In this document: one piece after another, positions 11,553 to 24,431 of the stretch
How positions within the stretch are numbered: the stretch's first letter is position 1
How the letters are laid out: the number at the start of each line of letters is the position of its first letter
Assembly: GCF_006345805.1 (NCBI RefSeq)
Contig: NC_043007.1
Span: forward strand, 26,536,001-26,600,000
From: Octopus sinensis
Taxonomy: Eukaryota
Length of the DNA stretch: 64,000 nucleotides
Direction of reading: 5' to 3'
Notes under the pieces: model-generated
What the model saw: the letters and a program-made list of their open reading frames with translations, nothing else
The model's database searches: none
What the model was told of the DNA's origin: nothing
Program-made: the position numbers and the translations under genes

Positions 11553-11942
11553 GTGGAGGCGCAATGGCCCAGTGGTTAGGGCAACGGACTCGCGGTCATA
11601 GGATCGTGGTTTCGATTCCCAGACCGGGCGTTGTGAGTGTTTATTGAGCGAAAACACCTAAAAGCTCCACGAGGCTCCGGCAGGGGATGGTGGTGATCCC
11701 TGCTGTACTCTTTCACCACAACTTTCTCTCGCTCTTTCTTCCTGTTTCTGTTGTACCTGTATTTCAAAGGGCCGGCCTTGTCACTCTCTGTGTCACGCTG
11801 AATATCCCCGAGAACTACGTTAAGGGTACATGTGTCTGTGGAGTGCTCAGCCACTTACACGTTAATTTCACGAGCAGGCTGTTCCGTTGATCGGATCAAC
11901 CGGAACCCTCGTCGTCGTAACTGACGGAGTGCTTCCATCCAA
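11553..11942 (+). mobile_element. tRNA-derived SINE, head/core H3 with tail T1
   Basis: A/B boxes; core GAGCGAAAACACCTAAAAGCTCCACGAGGCTCC shared with 57122; TSD-like AAC(T/C)AGGCATGAA at 11540-11552 and 11943-11955. Confidence 0.85.
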
Positions 11943-12170
11943 AACCAGGCATGAATTTGTTAATGGGTATATGAGAGCTGTTATTATTTCTTCAAGGTCA
12001 GTAAAGTCAATAATATATGAATGCAGATTTGCCCTTCATATTACCAACACCCATGGCCGATCCCTGCGAGGCTGTCTCTATATTCGAACTGGTAATGAAC
12101 GAGCAGGCAGACACACTTTATATCATTGCAGGGGTGTTAAGGAAAGAGATGGAGCTCTTGATAGAATATC

Positions 12171-12403
12171 AAGTCGGCGAGCTGGCAGAAACGTTAGCAC
12201 GCCGGGCAAAATGCTTTGTAGTATTTCGTCCGCCACTGCGCTCTGAGTTCAAATTCCGCCGAGGTCGACTTTGCCTTTCATCCTTTCGGGCTCGATTAAA
12301 TAAGTACCAGTTACGCACTGGGGTCGATATAATCGACTTAATCCGTTTGTCTGTCCTTGTTTGTCCTCTCTATGTTTAGCGCCCTGTGGGCAATAAAGAA
12401 ATA
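12171..12403 (+). mobile_element. SINE family 1, full length, tail A
   Basis: Family match; 9-bp TSD AGAATATCA at 12163-12171 and 12404-12412. Confidence 0.9.
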
Positions 12404-13081
12404 AGAATATCATTATATGTGTTTGTGAGAGGGAGGGAGAGAGAGAGGCCACCCTTGAGTGCTACTGGTAATATGTAACCCCGTACTACCTGTCACATGG
12501 TTATATCGTCGGTAACTAAACAATAGACCTCAATCGGAGAGTGATTTCAGGACACCTTCAGGAGAAAGGACAAGACCCGTCAATGGACGGAGGAACTATT
12601 GAGAGTCAACGACCATCCTATTCAGGTCTGCTGTTCAAACGTCGCGTGGCGTACATGTAAGAACTGTTGTTGTCAGCAGTAACAAAAAGTGTGAATGGTA
12701 CAACTCAAACTCTTACCACTTTGAACAAGTCACTGTTTAGGCTATTCAAGAGGTTTGATCACTACAATTATGAGATCATCATGAAAAGCGCCCTCTACCC
12801 GTTTTATGTGTTTATATATAAGAAGGAGAAAAAGAAAACAAGTGATGGAAGGCGGAAAAGAAGAGAAGAAAAAAGAAGGAAAGTGAAATGTAGAAAGATG
12901 GTAAAAAACAGTGAAAAACAGTGAAAGAGGGGAGAAAAGGTAAACCAAGTGAGCAACTGAGGAAAAAGTAAACTTCACTGGCTCTTATGCGTACAATAGG
13001 ACGAAAGAGTCCATCATATATTTATATATATATATAATTTAGATGTTTCGACCAAAGATTTGCCCAGGCCATGTCTAACTT

Positions 13082-13176
13082 AATAGCACCACCTGATAAT
13101 ATATATATTTATATATGTATATGTATGTATGTATGCATATATATGTGTATCTGTAAATCTATCTTATATCTATAGC

Positions 13177-13250
<74 letters not shown>

Positions 13251-13788
13251 CAGAGCTATAGATATAAATATATATATATTATAATATTTATAGAATATAA
13301 ATATAGCACCACCTGATAGTATATATTTATCTCTCTCTATATAAACGGCAGTTTGTCTGTGCGTTTTCTGTGTGTCTGTTTTCTCGTACCCTCACTCTGA
13401 CCACGGCTTTCAACCGATTCTGATGAAACTTGACACACACATAGCCCAATGTCATAATTCAAAACTAACGCAGCGAAAATTTTGAAAAGTTCCCCCAGTT
13501 CTGAAAAAAATCGATAAATTCGACATGGGGTCGAGAATCAGAAACCCAAACCACAGACCGTCTAGGGGACGCAACTCCACCTTTTTTAACTCTCAAAAAA
13601 ATTTACCATCATTTTTTTTCCATTTTTTGCTATTTTTGGGCTATAACTCTCTAAAAATGCTTTATAGTTATTTCCCTTACAAACCTGAGCAACGCCGGGC
13701 GATACTGCTAGTATATATATATATGTATGTATGCATATATATGTGTATTTGTAAATCTATCTTATATCTATAGCTATGTATATGTATG

Positions 13789-13819
<31 letters not shown>

Positions 13820-13820
13820 T

Positions 13821-13852
<32 letters not shown>

Positions 13853-13930
13853 ATATATATATATATACAGAGCTATAGATATAAATATATATATATATAT
13901 TATATATATATATATATATCTATAGCTATG
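13082..13930 (+). repeat. About 220-bp TA-rich tandem duplication (2nd copy interrupted by a Helitron)
   Basis: ATAGCACCACCTGAT, GTAAATCTATCTTATATCTATAGCTATG and ACAGAGCTATAGATATAAA each occur twice in the same order. Confidence 0.8.
13330..13711 (+). mobile_element. Non-autonomous Helitron
   Basis: 5' TC (TCTCTCTCTATATAAA), subterminal GC hairpin CCTGAGCAACGCCGGG, 3' CTAG, inserted between A and T without TSD. Confidence 0.8.
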
Positions 13931-14292
13931 TATATATATATATTCTAGAATCTTCCTCTTGCCATTTAGAGGAATATTATAAAGGCCAGGCATATATTTG
14001 TGTAATCAATAAGGCACCGGTCTACCATGGGATGGAAGATGCTATTCAGGATATTTAAATTGTTGCTTGAAACATCTGGAGGTTTATTCATTTGCACTTA
14101 ATTCCTAGGAGGAATGCTTATCAGCCATAAAATATGCAATAAAAGCGAAATTTCACAAGGCACCGAGCACAGAAATAGCGAACAATCACGCAAGTTTTAT
14201 AAAGTTGCATAATACAATACTTCCAGAAAATAGGTATTACTTGCCGGTGGCATACTTACCTTTGATATACATTTGAGGTATTACAAAGATAT

Positions 14293-14872
14293 AAGGCGGC
14301 GAACTGGCAGAATCGTTAGCACGTAGGACGACATTCTTAGTGGTATTTCGTCTGCCGTTACGTTCTGAGTTCAAATTCCGCCGAGGTTGACTTTGCCTTT
14401 CATCCTTTCGGGGTCGATTAAATAAGTACCAGTTACGCACTGGGGTCGATATAAATCGACTTAATCTGTTTGTCCTCTCTGTGTTTAGCTCCTTGTGGGT
14501 AGTAAAGAAATAGGTATTTAGACTGTCGCTACGTTCTGAATTCAAATTCCGCCGAGGTCGACTTTGCCTTTCTTCCTTTCGGAATCGATTAAATAAGTAC
14601 CAGTTACGCACGATATAATCGACTTAATCCGTTTGTTTGTCCTTGTTCGTCCTCTCTGTGTTTAGCCCGTTGTGGGTAATAAAGAAATAGGTATTTAGTC
14701 TTCTGCTACATTCTGAGTTCAAATTCCGCCGAGGTCGTCTTTGCCTTTCATCCTTTCGGGGTCGATTAGATAAGTACCAGTTACGCACTGGAGTCGATAT
14801 AATTGACTTAATCCGTTTGTCTATCCTTGTTTTTCCCCTCTATGTTTATCCCTTGTGGGTAATAAAGAAACT
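14293..14872 (+). mobile_element. SINE family 1 trimer: head-body-tailA-(body-tailA)x2
   Basis: Internal junctions AAAGAAATA|GGTATTT at 14512/14513 and 14689/14690; degenerate TSD GGTATTA(C)AAAG at 14277 and 14873. Confidence 0.9.
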
Positions 14873-15234
14873 GGTATTAAAAGCGATGCTATAGATTCTA
14901 TGAAATAAATTGTTTGTGTTTGTATGTGCGTGTTAAATAATTTGAAATTGTCCACAAAATGTTTCTTTTAAAATCCTTATTCTCATTTTCAGATTACTAT
15001 TCTCCATTTGAAATCGATATTCCCACACAGAAGCTGCTCTTCTGTTTTTGAAATCATTTTTGTTTTCCACTTAGAAATTGTTATTCTAATTTCAAAATTG
15101 TCATTCTTACACTGAAATTGCTAACATTTTCAAAAAATGCCATACTGAATTTCAATTCCTTAATATCATCTTGAAGTTGATATATTCAATTTAAACCCTT
15201 TGAAAATATTATTTTCAATTCGGAAACTTTTCTA

Positions 15235-15704
15235 GGATCTTTATTCTTTGAACGGTAGATCGAGAAAATAATTTTCTATAACTAAACCCTTACAAACTTC
15301 GGACACAGGTAGAATGTGTCATACAAAATATCTTTTGCTCTTAGTGTCGTTAAGAAAAGTTTGTATTTTCAAAGTTATTTCGTGTTAAGGTTGTATTTCG
15401 GTAATTTCAACCAATCGATGACGTGTATTCAACTGAATAAAATTACTGCTGTTGTTTGTCAACAACAACTTCCTGCGGTGTATTTTTCGTTTTTCACTGT
15501 TATTTATGACATCGTTCGTGCGTTTTGTAATAGTTTTAGCTTTAGGATTTTAGGGTTAGTGTTTTAGAGTAAATATAAGTTTTTCTCAAAAACGCTAAGA
15601 GTAAAAGATGTTTTATATGACACATTCTACCAGTGTTCGAAGTTTGAAAGTGTTTACTTGCAAAAAATTAATTTATCGAGCTGCCGTTCAAAAGGAATAA
15701 TCCC
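15235..15704. mobile_element. MITE with about 115-125 bp TIRs
   Basis: TTTGAACGGTAGATCGAG..CAAACTTCGGACACAGGTAGAATGTGTCATA..CTCTTAG is matched by the reverse complement of 15580-15704; superfamily not assigned. Confidence 0.85.
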
Positions 15705-16264
15705 ATTTCTATCACTTTGAAATTTTTGTTTTCTATTTGAGAGAGTACACTATTCTTAAATTGAAATCGTTAATCACAATTTGAAATTGTTATTCTCATA
15801 TTGAAATCACAATTATGATTTGGAATATCCTCCATCTAAAATCGGTATTCTCACTTTAAAATTGCTTTTCTATTCAGATATTGATATGCTCACTGCTGAA
15901 GAGTGAGGCATACGAAATATCGCTTCTCTTTTCTGTATTTTTTTTTGCATAATTCTTTCCATCGGCATAATTTAAGTATAGGTATGTCTTGCAACACTGT
16001 ACACAATATTCAAGCACTGTCATTATTGATAGGTAGTAAACTAATAACAATATGCTTAGTAGTCAAATATTTAAAAATCGCTACTCTATATTTCAACCGT
16101 CAAGATTTTATGAAAAACTATGGGCTCCAACTGTTAGAGTTACTTACTTGAAACAGTTATGAAAATGCTCTTATTTAGAGTTCCTTTTAATAGTTCTGGC
16201 ATTTGTATGGAGATGGAAAAGGTACAAATGCACAGGTAAATCATTTTAAATCTCTCCCTCTCTT

Positions 16265-16301
<37 letters not shown>

Positions 16302-16323
16302 ATATATATTTATATATCCATCC

Positions 16324-16397
<74 letters not shown>

Positions 16398-16398
16398 C

Positions 16399-16429
<31 letters not shown>

Positions 16430-16568
16430 ATATATATATAATATATATATATATAGATAGATAGATAGATAGATAGAGGATTAAAAGTAATAAAAGGCAT
16501 TATTGTGAGATTATTAAAGAGATTTAAGTGCGTACCGGTTTCGTAAATTTACTAATCATTGCTTTGAA

Positions 16569-16599
<31 letters not shown>

Positions 16600-16603
<4 letters not shown>

Positions 16604-16720
16604 GGTTGGAATTTGGAATATACAAAAAAAGCAAGAAGATGTGTAAACAACAAACGTTTCGACCCTACGCTTTTCAACAGAAAGGAATACGAGAAAATAA
16701 ACAGAGTGAGAATAAAAAAA
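16600..16720 (-). mobile_element. Short Penelope-associated repeat fragment with HHR-like motif
   Basis: Minus strand: CTGTTGA-AAAGC-GTAG-GGTC-GAAACGTT; shares TGTTTGTTGTTTACACA with 3170-3305. Confidence 0.45.
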
Positions 16721-16779
16721 AGCTTTAGTGGGTAGCGGTCGATCATGGCGATGGCTGGACACATATGTATATATATATT

Positions 16780-16956
16780 ACGGCAACTAGCTGGCACAGA
16801 TCGTTATCACGAGATGCAAAATGTTTACCGGCATTTCGTCCGTCTTCACGCTCTGACTTCCAATGCCGCCGAGAGCGAAATTCCATTTCATCCTTTCAGG
16901 GTTTAATCGACTCAATCCTTTCTCCCGATATTGCTGCCCCTTATGCCAAAATTTTG

Positions 16957-16960
<4 letters not shown>
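16780..16960 (+). mobile_element. SINE family 1, degraded, tail C
   Basis: GCTGGCACAGATCGTTA..TTTCATCCTTTC..ATTGCTGCCCCTTATGCCAAAATTTTGAAA. Confidence 0.7.
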
Positions 16961-16993
<33 letters not shown>

Positions 16994-17510
16994 AGCATAC
17001 ACTGACTGACACCCGAATAAAGCAGATTGGTCCACCATGACTGCATGCCGCATAGCTGAAACGAGTAAAAAGAACAGCAGAAACCCGCGTATATCTACTT
17101 CGATGTATATCATTAGACGTACTATGCAGATGATACAACTAAACGTGCTCCTGAACAAAAGCGCGTTTATTTTCTACCCTGTACCAGCTAAAAAAGCTCT
17201 TTGCCATGGCAAAGCTGTCACCACATGTATGCAGTCTGGCAATCTTTGAACAATTGCATATTGACAGCTCATTGATTGATTGTCGTCTGATGTGAGTCAT
17301 ATAGCATTATTGCATGAACGTCTGAAGTGGTTCCGATGTTTTTTTTTGTGTTTTTATTGTTTGCTTTTGTTTTTCACGGGTAGCTTCTTATGTGTGCGGC
17401 TGAATTCTGTATTCAAGCCTATTATTATATGATTTTATGTGTACAAATTACTGCGCTCGTATAGGGGGCACATCTATGTATTTCTAGATATATGCATACG
17501 TGGACAGGTT

Positions 17511-17611
<101 letters not shown>

Positions 17612-17772
17612 AAGACTGATATATATATTATATATATATATATATATAATGAAGACTTAGATATACGCGTACATTTATATACAGATATATATATATGTGT
17701 GTTTGTATGTATGTGCGTCTGCATATGTATGTCACATCATTATTATTAACATATATATATATATATATATAA

Positions 17773-17804
<32 letters not shown>

Positions 17805-17967
17805 CATACATGTAGAGGAAGAGAGAGATAGAAAGATACATAGAGTCACGCACACACTCACACACTCACACACTCACACACTCACACACATACATTTGAT
17901 TAAGTAGGTTCAGCGTAGCTGAGTTTCCTTAGATTCTGAGGAAAATAGAACTGCGTGTCTCAATGAA

Positions 17968-18012
17968 ACGTCATCATAATCATCAACGTCGTCATCATAG
18001 ACATCATCATCG

Positions 18013-18052
<40 letters not shown>

Positions 18053-18736
18053 AGTCATCGTCGTCATCGTCATCATCATCATCAGCATCATCAACATCGT
18101 CATCATCATCATCATCATCATCATCAACATCGTCATCATCATCATCGTCATCATCATCATCATCAACATCGTCATCATCATCATCGTCATCATCATCATC
18201 ATCATCATCATCAACATCGTCATCATCGCCATTGTCACCATCATCATCATCGACGTCGTCGTTATTGTCGTCATCCTTCTCTTCTTTCCCCCCTTCATCC
18301 TCATCCTTTCTCCCCTTCGTCATCATCATCATCATAACCACCACCACCACCACCACCACCACCACCACCACCACCACCACCACCACCACCACCACCACCA
18401 CCACCAGCATCTCCGTCATCGCACTCATCCCCCTCCCCCGTTCACCTCCACCACACCTTAATTAACGACGTATATTCGAAGAAACCTTTTCCTACGCATT
18501 TTACCTACCGTCCTTGTGGGTGTTTTCGTTCGAGTTGTAATTGTAGATATTTATACGCTTCTTGTTGTTGCCACGGTGGTGGTGGTGGTGATGATGGTGG
18601 CGATGGTGGTATTGGTAGCCGTGGTTCTCCAGGCATTCATCATTCAACACCCTTCTAATAATTGCTTCTTGCTGTTGGGGTATCATCATCATCACCATGA
18701 TGATTGTTGTTATTATTATTATTATTATTGATGATG

Positions 18737-18767
<31 letters not shown>

Positions 18768-18785
18768 AACTACTACTACTACTAC

Positions 18786-18818
<33 letters not shown>

Positions 18819-18835
18819 TAATAATAATAATAATA

Positions 18836-18882
<47 letters not shown>

Positions 18883-18995
18883 TGATATAATAATATAATA
18901 ATAATAATAATAATAACAATGATAATGATAATAATATAATAATAATAATAATAATGATAATAATAATAATGATAATAATAATAATAATAATAATG

Positions 18996-19029
<34 letters not shown>

Positions 19030-19569
19030 TGATAATGATAATAATCCTTTGTATTATAGGCACAAGGCGTGAAGTTTTGGGGGAGGTGGCCAGCCGCCCA
19101 TAAATCTTCAGGCCTTGTGCCCATAACAAAAAGGATCATTATTATTATTATTATTAGTAGTAGTAGTAGTAGTAGTAGCAGTAGTTAGTGGTGGTGGTGG
19201 GAGTAGTAGCAGCAGTAGCAGCAGGAGTAGTAGCAGTAATGGTAGTGGTGATGGTAGTAGTAGTAGTAGTAATATTAATAGTTTTTGTAGTAGTAACAGC
19301 AACAGCAGCAGCAGCAGTTGTAGTAGTAATAGTGGTATTATATTATTATTATTAGTAGTAGTAGTAGTAGTAGTAATAGTGATGATAGAAACAGTTTAAG
19401 TAGAAGTAGTTGTTGTTCTTCTAGTTGTTTATAAGTTGCTATTGCGGTTGTTGTAGTCATGGTGGAGGGGGGAAATTAGCGGCGATGGTAGCGGTGAGAG
19501 TGGTGTTTATTACCTCTACGCTTTAAACTCTCTTCTAATAGCTGTCATTTGCTTTGTTGCTTAAGAAAA

Positions 19570-19639
<70 letters not shown>

Positions 19640-20428
19640 ATAGTAGTAGTAGTAGTAGTAGTAGCAGCAGAAGTAGCAGTAGTAGTAGTAGCAGCCGTAG
19701 TAGTAGTGGTGGTAGTAGTATTAGTAATGGTGGTAGTAGTAATAGTTGTGGTAGTAGTAGTAGTAGTAGTAGTATAGTGGTGGTGGTGGTGGTGGTGGTA
19801 GTATTAGTGGTGGTGGTAATAGTAGTGGTAGTAGTAGTAGTGGTGGTGGTGGTAATATTAGTAGTAGTAGTAGTAGTGGTAGTAACAGCAGCAGTTGTAG
19901 TAATAGCAGTGGTAGTCGTAGTAATAGTAATAGTAGTAGTAGTAGTAGTAGTAGCTGCTGTTGTTGTTATTTTTGTTGTTGTTATTTCGGTTACCCACAC
20001 GAGCTTATTCTGTTCCTGTTAGTTTTCAGTTGTTTGCTTATTTGTTGTTGCTGTTTTTGTTGTTGTTTAAGTTGTTTGTTGTTTCATCACCTTTTCATCC
20101 CCCTTTTCCCACTCCCCCACTCCCCCACTCCCCCACACTGCAACCTCTCCTTTTCACGCATGCGCCTTCTCTGCTAGATTCTCTTCATTATGTCAGAGCT
20201 CCGCGCTGGTTATCATCATCAATTTCCACCACCACCCCGCCCACTCCTCCTCTTGTTGCACTTTCTCCTCTCCGCTCCTTCTTTAACATCATCTTCATCA
20301 TCTTCAGCATCTTCATCATCTCCAGCATCTTCATCTTCATCTTGTTCTCTGTTATGATAAACATCGGTATCATCAACAAAAGCACCACCACCACCATCAT
20401 CGTCGTCGTCGTCGTCATCATCATCATC

Positions 20429-20472
<44 letters not shown>

Positions 20473-20509
20473 TAACATCATCGCCATCATCATCATTATC
20501 ATCATCATC

Positions 20510-20560
<51 letters not shown>

Positions 20561-20600
20561 GTCATCATCATCATCATCATCACAATCATCATCGTCATCG

Positions 20601-20637
<37 letters not shown>

Positions 20638-21579
20638 TATCATCATCGCCATCATCGTTATCACTACCATTATCAACATCATCTTCATCACCACCAACAC
20701 CGACAGCAGAGTCCCTACATTTCTCGTTATCATCACCACCATGAAAATCTTCATCATTTTCATCATCATCGTCGTCATCGACGTCCTCGTGGTCATCGTC
20801 GTCGCCATCATCACTGTCATCATCAGTATCGTCTCGTCGTCGTCATCACTATCATCATCACATCATCATCATCACCGACACAACCAGCACTACCTATACA
20901 ATCATCATCGTCGTCGTCATCACCATCATCATCATCATCACTACCCTCATCATCATCATCGTCATTATCGTCATCATCGTCACCATCATCATCATTATCA
21001 CTTTCGTCGCCGTCATCATCATCATCACCATTATCATCATCAACATCACCATTATCATCATCATCACCATTATCATCATCATCAACATCACCATTATCAT
21101 CATCATCATCACCATTATCATCATCATCAGCAGCATCAGCTCTAATTTCATCATCATCATCATCATCATCACTACCCTCATCATCATCGTCGTCATTATC
21201 GTCATCATCGTCACCATCATCATCACTATCACTTTGGTCGCCGTCATCATCATCATCACCATTATCATCACCAACATCACCATTATCATCATCATCATCA
21301 CCATTATCATCATCATCAGCATCAGCTCTAATTTCATCATCATCATCATCATCATCACTACCCTCTCATCATCGTCGTCATTATCGTCATCATCGTCATC
21401 ATCATCATCACCATCATCATCACTATCACTTTCGTCGCCTTCATCATCATCATCATCATCACCATTATCATCATCAACATCACCATTATCATCATCATCA
21501 CCATTATCATCATCATCACCATCACTACCATTATCATCATCATCCCCATTATCATCATCATCAGCAGCAGCAGCTCTAA

Positions 21580-21613
<34 letters not shown>

Positions 21614-22278
21614 CTACCCTCATCATCATCGTCGTCATTATCGTCATCATCGTCACCATCATCATCACTATCACTTTCGTCGTCGTCATCATCATCATCA
21701 TCACCATTATCATCATCAACATCACCATTATCATCATCAGCATCACCATAATCATCATCATCATCATCACTATTATCATCATCATCATCAGCAGCAGCAT
21801 CAGCTCTAATTTCATCACAGGTATCATCAGTGTTCTTAATGAACTAGCTATCTATTATTTTTTTTTTAAAGTTTTGATTTCGTATCGATCTCAGGTTCGA
21901 TGTTACGCGTCATCGTTCAAAACCCCAAAAAATCAATAGAATAAGAATCCCAATCATTATAATGCTTTCAATTCTATCGACTGTAACTGTTCCTTTACCA
22001 ATATGTCAGCGTGTGTCAATGTATGGAATGGCAATCTACCGAAATCAATAAAATCCTTCTCCGTGGCAGTTCTTTGGTTTCATTGGGGTTGCAATCGTTT
22101 TAGATTATCAGCATCGTCATCATTGTCATCGTCGTCGTCATAATTATCATTGTCGTCATCACCATCATCACCATCATCGTCATCATCATCAGCTGCAGCA
22201 GCAGCATTATCTTCATCATTATCGTCATCATCATCGCCATCATCATCGCCGCCGTCATTCGCCATCATCATCATCATC

Positions 22279-22309
<31 letters not shown>

Positions 22310-22392
22310 TCGCCATCATCATCACCATCACCATCATCATCATCATCATCATTATCATCATCATCATCATCATCATCGCCGTCGTCATTCGC

Positions 22393-22427
<35 letters not shown>

Positions 22428-22477
22428 CCATCATTATCATCATCATCGCCATCATCATCATCATCATCCTCATCATC

Positions 22478-22518
<41 letters not shown>

Positions 22519-22524
22519 CATTGC

Positions 22525-22556
<32 letters not shown>

Positions 22557-22920
22557 CCATCATTATCATCATCATCGCCATCATCATGATCATCATCATC
22601 ATCAACACCACCATCATGATCATTGTCATCATCACTGTCCTTATTGTCACCCTTGTCATCGTTATCATCATTTTTTGTCATCATTACCGTCATCATGATG
22701 ACCATTATCATCATCATCTTCATCATCATTATAATCAGTTTCACCATCATCATAATCTTCATGAACATCATCTTTTTTTATCAAAATTGCTTGTCGTCAT
22801 TACCATAATTATCATCATCATCATCATCATCATCATCATCGTCATTGTCGTCAATGTCATCGTCGTCAATGTCATCATCATTGCTTGTCATCATCATCAA
22901 CTTCATCATCGTTGTCATCG

Positions 22921-22957
<37 letters not shown>

Positions 22958-23121
22958 TATCATCATCATCTTCATCATCATCGTTTTCATGATCATCCCC
23001 ATCATCTTCATCATTATCATCACCATCGTCATCATCGTCATCATCATCATCATCATCATCATCATCGTTTTCATGATCATCCCCATCATCTTCATCATTA
23101 TCATCACCATCGTCATCATCG

Positions 23122-23168
<47 letters not shown>

Positions 23169-23645
23169 GTTTTCATGATCATCCCTATCATCATCATCTT
23201 CATCATCATCGTTTTCATGATCATCCCCATCATCTTCATCATTATCATCACCATCGTCATCATCGTCATCATAATCATTGCGATCATTATCACCGTCCTC
23301 AACATCATCATCGTCATCATCATCATCGAACTCACCACCAACCTCATCGTAATAATCACGTTGAAACAATCCTCTCAATATTATTACATCAATAATACCT
23401 TTATCTTCTTTGAAAGCATCATCATCATCACCGTCATCACCATTGTCACTATCACCACCATCATCATCACCATCAACACCAGCAGTAATCATCATATTCA
23501 TTATCAGCTGTAATACATCGTCAACACTGTTGCCATCACCCAAATTTTTATCCTCTTAATTGCCAATGGCATTATGATAATCCTTTTAAGCGTCACTACC
23601 AACGCCACCGACGTTATCTTGACTTCTGCCTCCTCCAAATAATCG

Positions 23646-23676
<31 letters not shown>

Positions 23677-23852
23677 AGTAGTCGTCGTCGTCGTTATTAT
23701 CAACCTCATATCCTCTTCCTCCTCATCATCATAATCATCGACAACATCATCATCATTATTTTCATCGTCAACTTCATTACCGTCATCTTCAGCATCATCA
23801 CAATATTATCCTCCTCCTCACCATCATCATAATCATCACCACTACCACCACC

Positions 23853-23884
<32 letters not shown>

Positions 23885-24305
23885 CATCGACAATATCATC
23901 GTCATCATAATCTTCGTCGTCAACTTCATTACCGTCATTTTCCGTATCGTCACATCATCATCTTCATCGGCATCGTCGTCATCATCATCATCATCATTAT
24001 CATCATCTAGAGCAGCAGTAGCATCGTTAGCTTTGTTGACATCGCTCTCTTCATCAGGGAAGACAAACTCTATTACATACTCCATGCTGGCAACGAAAAC
24101 AAAAGCTCGAAATGCTTGAAAGAGCAGCTAAATTACCGTCAGACCACAGCTTGTTATCTTCAAAGGTTCAAGAACACTTTCGAAGATGTGGTTTTCGATA
24201 AATTTGCTATGAAAATGGGATTGAAACGGTTTCATCATCGACTTCATTGTTCAGAGCTGATCAGGGCTTTACGCAACAAAACAGTGAAAGCAACAGCAAC
24301 TAACA

Positions 24306-24390
<85 letters not shown>

Positions 24391-24399
24391 AGCTGCTGC

Positions 24400-24431
<32 letters not shown>

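Noticed and set aside
14293-14872. CRISPR-like repeat/spacer reading of the tandem array
   Set aside because: Units are about 180-bp SINE bodies with no unique spacers; eukaryotic context with no cas genes
15535-15570. TTAGG(G)-like telomeric motif
   Set aside because: Only a few degenerate units inside the MITE; not an interstitial telomere array
15885-15925. CTGAAGA..CGAAATATC hammerhead-like match
   Set aside because: Stem I cannot form; the sequence folds better as a simple hairpin with CTGAAG in the loop
19961-21145. 394-aa ORF, the longest in the window
   Set aside because: Almost wholly (CAT)n-derived Ile/His runs; no recognisable domain or splice structure
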